Assembly (NCBI GenBank): GCA_964587385.1
Contig: CAZPLA010000007.1
Location: 2,916 to 66,915, forward strand
DNA from: an uncultured Dehalococcoidia bacterium
Lineage (GTDB): Bacteria > Chloroflexota > Dehalococcoidia > Lucifugimonadales > GCA-2712585
Direction of reading: 5' to 3'
DNA: 64,000 nt
A program made the translations under genes and the position numbers. How positions within the stretch are numbered: position 1 is the stretch's first letter; the number at the start of each line of letters is the position of its first letter. The notes below the pieces were generated by a model. It did no database searches. It was not told where the DNA came from and saw only the letters and a list, made by a program, of their open reading frames with translations. Shown piece after piece: positions 57,715 to 64,000 of the stretch.

Positions 57715-57799
57715 ATGTTTACTACACCACTGAAGGATATATCATTTGCTATTTGTTGATACATTGGCGTTTAAACTAAAAAGGCTGTATTAATAGGTC

Positions 57800-57925
57800 A
57801 TGGATGTTTTTAAATATGCTGGAGCTTTTCATTTGGTTGCCGCTATAGCTGTAGGAGTTTGCTATATATCTTTTAGGATTATTAGGGGCTATTACAGACG
57901 TGTAACAAAATCTCAGGATAGATAA
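57800..57925 (+). CDS. Possible 41-aa single-TM peptide
   Basis: MDVFKYAGAFHLVAAIAVGVCYISFRIIRGYYRRVTKSQDR. Below the ORF-track cutoff. Confidence 0.25.
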   Translation: MDVFKYAGAFHLVAAIAVGVCYISFRIIRGYYRRVTKSQDR

Positions 57926-57953
57926 GCCAATAGCAGTTGAAGGGGTTTGTAGC

Positions 57954-58058
57954 ATGAGATTGTTGATAAGTGTCATATATCTTTTAGTAGTTTTATGGGC
58001 TCTAAGTATATTGATAAGGAAAATCCTTAAATGGGATATGCCGTGGGATCGAAAATAG
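57954..58058 (+). CDS. Possible 34-aa single-TM peptide
   Basis: MRLLISVIYLLVVLWALSILIRKILKWDMPWDRK, with GAAGGGG 8 nt upstream. Confidence 0.3.
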   Translation: MRLLISVIYLLVVLWALSILIRKILKWDMPWDRK

Positions 58059-58281
58059 CTGATTTAGCGCGCATCGGGTAGAAATAGCAACAACTATAGA
58101 GTGTTAAAGTGGTAGTGGAGGCTAGCGGTTGAGACTAGCCGTCCACATGTCAGTTAGAGGTTTACAGCCCTAGGCAAGAACCTTCGTCCCCCATTTAATG
58201 ATTTCAGGGAAGATCCCAAACTCAACCCGACATCCACGAGATTATCTTATCATGTTTTAAAAATCCCGGTATACAAAAAAA

Positions 58282-58300
58282 CGAAATAGGTGTATAAATA
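58282..58300 (+). promoter_or_regulatory. 19-nt promoter-like element (copy 2) with no downstream + strand gene
   Basis: An exact copy of 57386-57404. It is followed by the hairpin 58316-58341 and then the 3' end of the convergent MFS gene. Confidence 0.35.
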
Positions 58301-58341
58301 AATTGCGGCAGGTGGATGCCAGCGACCCCCGTTGTTGGCAT

Positions 58342-59622
58342 TCACCTTAATTTTTGTTCACTTTCATACGTTATATTTTTAATGTCGTCATTGGGCAGTT
58401 CATTAACGAAAAATGCAGCTATGGATACAAATAAAGAACTCAAACTTACTAGCACTAGTACTAATGTTAAATTATTTAGTGAATCTTGGAGAACTCCTGA
58501 AATTATAGGACCGAGGGTACTGCCTGAAGCAAGACATGTGAACATGAATGAATGAGCCACTGGAGCGTCTTTGGTTTGCGTGTGAGGTAGATAGTAGCTA
58601 ACTGTAAAGAATATAGGCAAGTAAGCAAATGTAGTGCCTAGAATAATTGCTATGGTGACCAAGAGAACAATAGAATCACTAAGTAACAGTGCTATAAATG
58701 AGAAAGGCATTAATATCCCTGAAAGGAACAAAATTCTAGATCGAATTTGCCAATTTGCTGCCAATCGACCTATAGCTAAACAACTTATTCCACCTGTTAA
58801 ATACATTACCGCCATTACAATTCCAGTGAAGTGTAATGGGAAATTGTGCTTTTCCAACATTAGAGTAGGATAAAAAGTAAGAAAAGAAGATTCTGCTGCT
58901 GTCCCACCAATAATTCCTAGTCCTGCTATCCAGAGCACCTTTCGTCTGAATACGCGTAATAAACGACTCATCGTATCCGTCTGTTTATTTAGACTAGACG
59001 ATTGGTCAGCTTGGGGGAGTTTATCTCGGGCTATTATCGTCCATATAATGATAAATAAGACATAAACTGCACCTAAAATATAAAGTGTTAATCTCCAATC
59101 ATTATCTAGGGCGCTCAGTAGTGGCGGGATTGCTACCAGTGTTAATGCAAAGAAAAGTGAGATGATGCAGGTTGTAACACCGTTAACAGACGGAAAGTCT
59201 TTTTGGTGGAACCGCATTTGCATAATTAGGGCTCTGGCTGGTTCTCTGGTTGCCACTGCGATTCCGAATAGGAGACGAGCCACTATAAACACAATAAAGA
59301 CAGTGCTAGAAGCCTGAATGAATACAAGTATGGCGCCTATAACTAGGGTTGTTGTTGTCATTAGTACGGGACGGTAACGCATTACCCATAAATTGAGCGG
59401 TATTGTTAAAACAAGTACCGCTGCAATGGGAATAGCAAACAGTAGGCCCTGTTGCGAATAAGATAATTCAAACTCTTCACTTATGAAAGGCAGTAGCATT
59501 CCCAGCGTGGTTATTATCATCCAGCTTCCTGCTTGGCAACACATCCAAACCACTATTATTAACCATCGATATGAACCTGTTTGCATGGCGTCTTTGAATT
59601 TATTTTTTGAATGACTATCCAT
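58342..59622 (-). CDS. MFS transporter
   Basis: 426 aa with 12 TM segments. Confidence 0.85.
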   Translation of the reverse strand: MDSHSKNKFKDAMQTGSYRWLIIVVWMCCQAGSWMIITTLGMLLPFISEEFELSYSQQGLLFAIPIAAVLVLTIPLNLWVMRYRPVLMTTTTLVIGAILVFIQASSTVFIVFIVARLLFGIAVATREPARALIMQMRFHQKDFPSVNGVTTCIISLFFALTLVAIPPLLSALDNDWRLTLYILGAVYVLFIIIWTIIARDKLPQADQSSSLNKQTDTMSRLLRVFRRKVLWIAGLGIIGGTAAESSFLTFYPTLMLEKHNFPLHFTGIVMAVMYLTGGISCLAIGRLAANWQIRSRILFLSGILMPFSFIALLLSDSIVLLVTIAIILGTTFAYLPIFFTVSYYLPHTQTKDAPVAHSFMFTCLASGSTLGPIISGVLQDSLNNLTLVLVLVSLSSLFVSIAAFFVNELPNDDIKNITYESEQKLR

Positions 59623-59677
59623 ATGTCAATCATATCATTCTATTGGTTTCATTTAGGAATGAGTGTATAAGTATTCT

Positions 59678-60040
59678 ATGAACCGATTTAATCTGTATTT
59701 ACCTGCAGTTATGTTAACTTTGCTTCTGATTGGATGTGCTACTAATAGTCAAAATTCTATTCCAATGTCAGAAGTTGAATCCCAAGTTGCTGATGAGACC
59801 TCTACCTTTACTCCTCTACCTACTCTGACTTCTACTCCAACTAAAGTGCCAATAATACCTATTCCGACAATTATGCCGGAGACAACGAAAGAGAAAAGCA
59901 CTTGTAATTTAACTGCTGGCGAGTTGGTTGAAGAAGGTTGGACTGGTAAAGATACAGGGTCTAATTTTTGCAACCAATGCATATGTATGAAAGTCGGCTT
60001 AGCTTGCACAAGAATGGCATGCTTTTTACCAGGTGATTAA
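59678..60040 (+). CDS. Lipoprotein with a Pro/Thr linker and a C-terminal six-Cys domain with pacifastin-like spacing
   Basis: Lipobox LLIGC. The C-terminus reads C-x21-CNQCICMKVGLACTRMAC. The ATG at 59678 lies 6 nt after TATAAG (59666-59671). The ORF track starts at a GTG at 59663, inside that box. Confidence 0.7.
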   Translation: MNRFNLYLPAVMLTLLLIGCATNSQNSIPMSEVESQVADETSTFTPLPTLTSTPTKVPIIPIPTIMPETTKEKSTCNLTAGELVEEGWTGKDTGSNFCNQCICMKVGLACTRMACFLPGD

Positions 60041-60239
60041 TATGCTTGATGGCGGGGCAATAACGGTACAGGAAAAACTGATTCCAACCAATTATTGCAA
60101 ACCTAGGGATGGCATTTGAATTTTGCCCAATGTACTCTTTTGGATTATAAAGGCCCGAGATAGATTTAAGAGTATAATCATAGTTAAAGTTCTCTGGAGC
60201 CGATCAGTAATTAAACTTCCTAGGTGAATTTAGACTATT

Positions 60240-62237
60240 ATGTTGAACGCCGTAAATGTCAGTAAAGCATACAAGGATAGAGTTCTTTTCTCTGACCTTA
60301 CTATTAATATTACGGCTAAGAATCGAGTTGCATTAATAGGACCAAATGGATCTGGGAAAACGACACTTCTGAATATTTTGGCCGGAAATGCAACTCCAGA
60401 CAGTGGATCTATGATTAGGCGGCGTAACCTCAAGGTTGGATATCTTGGCCAGGAGCCAGTTGGAGTTTTAGACAGCACAATTTTAGAAGAGGTTTTGGAT
60501 GGTCGCCACGAAATTAATTCCCTGAAGAATAAAATAGAGACTATTCATCATGATATTTCTTCTGGTCTTGAAGAAAGTGAACAGCAGAAACGACTTGAGG
60601 AACTCTTAGCACTTGAAAAGGATCTCGAAACAGCTGGAGGGGATTTTGATACTTCTTATGAGGCTAAAGTGATTCTTTCAGGGCTGGGATTCCATCCATC
60701 TGATTATGTGCGGCTACTTAATGAATTCAGTGGTGGGTGGCAGATGAGAGTTGCCTTGGCCAAATTACTATTCAGGAATCCAGACATACTATTATTAGAC
60801 GAACCGACAAATCATTTAGACATTGAGGCTAATATTTGGTTTGAGAAATACCTTCAGGGATTTCCGGGAGGTGTAGTAGTTACTTCTCATGATCGAGCTT
60901 TTCTTAATCAAGTAGCTACTACAGTTTTGGCAATAGAGCCAGGGGAAGTTATCTCTACCAAAGGGAATTATGATCACTACCTCATAACCAGAGCAAAATC
61001 TTTGGAAATTAGAGAAGCTTCTGCACAGAGACAAAGCAAAGAGATTAAGCGACAAATGCGGTTTGTTGAACAATTTCGTTCCAAAGCAACTAAAGCTAGT
61101 CAGGTGCAAAGTAGGCTGAAACAGATTGCTAAAATTAAGCGAATTGAACCTTTGCAAACTGTAAAGCGAATGAAACTTTCGTTTCCTGAACCCGAGCGTA
61201 GTGGTGCGCAGACAATTAGTCTGACTGATGTAAGTAAATCTTATGGCGAACGGTTCGTTTATCGTGACCTAAATATATCACTTATGAGAGGAGATCGTGT
61301 GGCCTTGGTAGGTCCTAATGGAGCTGGAAAAACTACAATGCTGAAAATATTGGCAGGAGTCCTTTCATTTGAAAAAGGGGAGCGAAAGCTCGGTCATAAT
61401 GTTTCTGTAGGCTATTACGGTCAACATCTATTGGATTTGCTTAACCCTAATAACAGTATTATTGAGGAAATGCAAAAATCTGGCTCTGAGGCATCGTCCC
61501 AAACACTAAGGACTATACTTGGAAGCTTTTTGTTTAGCGGAGATGATGTAGAAAAGCCGATATCTATATTATCCGGGGGAGAGAAGGCGAGAGTATCTTT
61601 GGCAAAACTATTAATTCAACGTAGCAATTTGCTTTTTTTTGATGAGCCTACTAATCATTTAGACATATCATCTCGAGAAGTGCTGACAGATGCCCTGCGG
61701 AATTATGGAGGGACCATATGTTTGATTACGCATGATAGGACTCTTATTAGGCAATTTGCCAATAGAATCATAGAGGTAATCGGAGGCGAAATCCGTTCCT
61801 ATACAGGTGATTATGATAGTTATCTGTACAAGAAAGAATTAGAACGTGGTGAGATTAATAATTTGAGTCATGTAGATAAAGTCGTTGGAACTTCTACTGT
61901 AGAGGCACAGGATTCAATGTTGTCGACAGTTGGCCAACGTAAAAGTCCTAGGGAACAACGTATTAATCAATTGAAGAAAGAATCTCGCAAACTAGGAATC
62001 AAAATTGAGCAAATTAGTTCGTCCTTGGGTAATCACGAAAAACGACTTGGGCAGTTGGATAAAATGTTTTCCAATTCAGAGGAATTTAAGGATGTGAACG
62101 AACTAACCCTATTGGGGGAAGAATATCGCATGCTAAAGAAAGAGATTGGGATTCTTTGGGATAAATGGGAGACACTATCCGCAGAGGCTGATTTAATAAA
62201 CTTAGAACTCGAAGGATTAGGAGTGGTTTATTCCTAA
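60240..62237 (+). CDS. ABC-F family ATPase (Uup/YbiT-like) with a C-terminal coiled coil
   Basis: Two ABC cassettes ([17 protein letters not shown]; [17 protein letters not shown]), a basic inter-domain linker and no TM domain. Confidence 0.9.
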   Translation: MLNAVNVSKAYKDRVLFSDLTINITAKNRVALIGPNGSGKTTLLNILAGNATPDSGSMIRRRNLKVGYLGQEPVGVLDSTILEEVLDGRHEINSLKNKIETIHHDISSGLEESEQQKRLEELLALEKDLETAGGDFDTSYEAKVILSGLGFHPSDYVRLLNEFSGGWQMRVALAKLLFRNPDILLLDEPTNHLDIEANIWFEKYLQGFPGGVVVTSHDRAFLNQVATTVLAIEPGEVISTKGNYDHYLITRAKSLEIREASAQRQSKEIKRQMRFVEQFRSKATKASQVQSRLKQIAKIKRIEPLQTVKRMKLSFPEPERSGAQTISLTDVSKSYGERFVYRDLNISLMRGDRVALVGPNGAGKTTMLKILAGVLSFEKGERKLGHNVSVGYYGQHLLDLLNPNNSIIEEMQKSGSEASSQTLRTILGSFLFSGDDVEKPISILSGGEKARVSLAKLLIQRSNLLFFDEPTNHLDISSREVLTDALRNYGGTICLITHDRTLIRQFANRIIEVIGGEIRSYTGDYDSYLYKKELERGEINNLSHVDKVVGTSTVEAQDSMLSTVGQRKSPREQRINQLKKESRKLGIKIEQISSSLGNHEKRLGQLDKMFSNSEEFKDVNELTLLGEEYRMLKKEIGILWDKWETLSAEADLINLELEGLGVVYS

Positions 62238-62443
62238 GTGTTTTTTCGATTGCCTGATTTCCAAACCCATCTAACTATTCCAACTCCTACCAAAGCGTTT
62301 AACAGATTAATTCCAGGGTAATTGTCACGAATATCCGGGGAAATTTGATGAATTAGAATTCCACTAATAATAAAACCAATAAAGCCGGCTAGTAATGCTT
62401 TGATAATTCTTGCCCGGTCAATTTTTTCTTTGTTGTCGTTCAT
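62234..62443 (-). CDS. Small two-TM membrane protein
   Basis: 69-aa hydrophobic ORF whose 3' end overlaps the ABC-F stop by 4 nt (convergent). Confidence 0.45.
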   Translation of the reverse strand: MNDNKEKIDRARIIKALLAGFIGFIISGILIHQISPDIRDNYPGINLLNALVGVGIVRWVWKSGNRKNT

Positions 62444-62557
62444 GGTTTACACATAATCCCCATTAAATATCATGCCCATAATGTGAGTAGAGACAATATA
62501 AAACTGTTAAAATTATACTTTAATATGCATTTAATACCTATGGGGAATGGAGTAAAC

Positions 62558-62956
62558 ATGCTGAAAATATTCAATGCTCAGATTTGGCTACTGATTTTCG
62601 CTGTAATAAATTTTATAGGCGGATCGCTGCCTCTGTTGCTTGATAATGAAGGAAGTGCAGAACACACGTGGGGAATAGGTTCTGCTTTGGCACACGATCC
62701 TTATTACGAGATGACTATTGGAATCATGGTTGCACTATTAACAGTTCTTGCTTTTGGCCTTGCATTTTTCACTTCTGGGGTTGCTAGGGCAAAAATGGCC
62801 GCATTGTTAGGCGTCTCTATGTTGTTGTGCATGATAATATTGACTAGTTATGGAAATTCCTCGGGTGCAAGTAATCCTGGGGTTATACTTATTATTCCAT
62901 TCACCGTATTCAGTGGCCTGGCATTGAGTGGGTTTTTGAATTTAAAAGGTGAATAA
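62558..62956 (+). CDS. Hypothetical four-TM membrane protein
   Basis: The ATG at 62558 follows GGGGAATGGAG. The ORF track starts at 62483. Confidence 0.55.
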   Translation: MLKIFNAQIWLLIFAVINFIGGSLPLLLDNEGSAEHTWGIGSALAHDPYYEMTIGIMVALLTVLAFGLAFFTSGVARAKMAALLGVSMLLCMIILTSYGNSSGASNPGVILIIPFTVFSGLALSGFLNLKGE

Positions 62957-63043
62957 TACTTCATTAAATTCCAAAGAGATAAACAGCATTAGATATGATT
63001 GCGTATCTTAATGCCAGTATCTCAAGTGAATAACCAGAGGTTC

Positions 63044-64000
63044 ATGGAGATACGAAACATAGCAATTATTGCCCATGTCGATCATGGTAAAACTACTATG
63101 GTGGATAGGATCTTGCATCAAGTAAAGTTGTTTAGAGATGATCAACAAGTTCAAGAGCTTATACTCGATTCTAATGATTTGGAACGAGAACGCGGGATTA
63201 CGATCTTGGCCAAGAATGTTTCCGTAAGATATAAGGGGACCAAAATCAACATTATTGATACTCCGGGTCACTCAGACTTTGGGGGAGAAGTTGAACGGGT
63301 CCTAAATATGGCTGATGGTGTATTACTGTTGGTAGATGCTTTCGAAGGACCTATGCCTCAGACACGATTTGTTTTACAAAAAGCATTGGCAATGGGTCTA
63401 AAACCGATAGTGGTAGTAAATAAAGTCGATAAGCCTAATTGCAATCCAGATAAAGCGAATGAAGCAATATTTGACCTTATGTTTTCTTTGGATGCCACTG
63501 AAGAGCAACTAGATTATCCCGTGGTTTATGGTTCTTCTAAGTTGGGGTGGATGGGTGAAGATTGGAGAACTCCTACCAACGACGTTGCCTATCTACTTGA
63601 TACGATCATCAATACGTTTGAGCCATCAGAATATAACCCGGGGACACTACAGTTGCAAATCAGTTCGCTGGACTATTCGTCTTACACAGGACGTATTGCT
63701 GTTGGCAGGATTCACAGAGGAAGTATCAAAATGGGTGACCAAGTTTCAATTATGCAACGGGATGGTCAAATCCAGAAGGCTACCATTAAGGAACTTTACT
63801 TATTTGAAGGATTAGGTAAGGAAAAAACCAAAGATGAAATCGGATCTGGAGAAATTGTGGCAATCATGGGGTTGGAAGCCTTCGACATTGGAGATACAAT
63901 TGCTGATTTTGAATTCCCAGAGGCGCTAACCCCTATTTCTGTGGATGAACCTACTATGAGCATGTTGTTCACTATTAATAACTCTCCATTTTTTGGTAAG
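63044..64000 (+). CDS. typA: Translational GTPase BipA/TypA (5' part; continues past the window end)
   Basis: MEIRNIAIIAHVDHGKTTMVD, DTPGHSDFGGEVER and NKVDK. The frame is open to position 64000. It is absent from the ORF track because no stop lies in the window. An in-frame ATG at 63011 is an alternative start. Confidence 0.92.
   Translation, partial: MEIRNIAIIAHVDHGKTTMVDRILHQVKLFRDDQQVQELILDSNDLERERGITILAKNVSVRYKGTKINIIDTPGHSDFGGEVERVLNMADGVLLLVDAFEGPMPQTRFVLQKALAMGLKPIVVVNKVDKPNCNPDKANEAIFDLMFSLDATEEQLDYPVVYGSSKLGWMGEDWRTPTNDVAYLLDTIINTFEPSEYNPGTLQLQISSLDYSSYTGRIAVGRIHRGSIKMGDQVSIMQRDGQIQKATIKELYLFEGLGKEKTKDEIGSGEIVAIMGLEAFDIGDTIADFEFPEALTPISVDEPTMSMLFTINNSPFFGK

Noticed and set aside
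57420-57764. 114-aa and 69-aa minus-strand ORFs overlapping the 57439..57714 + strand ORF
   Set aside because: The + strand ORF has an SD (AGGGAG), an upstream -10-like box and a globular-looking sequence. The minus-strand ORFs have no start context.
58316-58555. 79-aa + strand ORF downstream of the orphan promoter-like repeat
   Set aside because: It lies antisense within the 3' part of a convincing 12-TM MFS gene. The ATG directly abuts the purine-rich stretch with no spacing, and the sequence is low complexity.
1-64000. Mobile elements, prophage, restriction-modification, toxin-antitoxin or other defence systems
   Set aside because: I found no transposase, integrase or recombinase motifs, terminal inverted repeats, cas genes, or toxin partners (the HicB-fold ORF has no HicA). 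The tRNA cluster is not followed by integrase-like sequence.

Overview
Gene-dense, moderately AT-rich (by eye, not computed) bacterial chromosome segment dominated by core metabolism. A giant membrane protein with the YYYxG motif of the Chlor_Arch_YYY/DUF2298 family, the F420 ligase CofE, an 11-gene nuo operon without nuoEFG, and several lipoproteins with Pro/Thr-rich linkers suggest a Chloroflexota genome, possibly a marine SAR202-like lineage (inference only). Recognisable content, in order: a purine salvage pair (AzgA-type permease and hpt); a YbaK-like deacylase; a zinc deaminase; an MFS transporter; a minus-strand string of cofE, TIGR00725, eno, gap, the 1512-aa membrane protein and thrC; a PduO-type adenosyltransferase; hisH-hisA-hisF-HAD-hisIE; rplU-rpmA-rpmE and a DUF1385 gene; lpdA-pdhA-pdhB-pdhC; nuoA-B-C-(small ORF)-D-H-I-J-K-L-M-N; a split ComD/ComE-like TPP enzyme pair; an EF-G paralogue; a tRNA-Ala/Arg/Trp cluster; an agmatinase-like ureohydrolase; a D-aminoacylase; a homocysteine S-methyltransferase; an EamA transporter; an Fe-ADH; three Pro/Thr-linker lipoproteins (a metzincin, an esterase and a Cys-rich protein); an ABC-F ATPase; and the 5' part of typA/bipA. 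I saw no CRISPR array, transposase, integrase, phage gene or recognisable defence system, and I cannot point to a convincing new multi-gene system. The most interesting oddities are: a HicB-fold ORF wedged between nuoC and nuoD; an EF-G paralogue lacking the catalytic His and the NKxD Asn; a ComE-like subunit with a degenerate TPP/Mg motif, translationally coupled to a tiny membrane protein; a lipoprotein with pacifastin-like cysteine spacing; a long structured leader before the purine permease; several candidate leaderless genes; and an orphan copy of a 19-nt promoter-like repeat in a roughly 280-bp non-coding gap. All family calls rest on motif recognition by eye. No database search was run.
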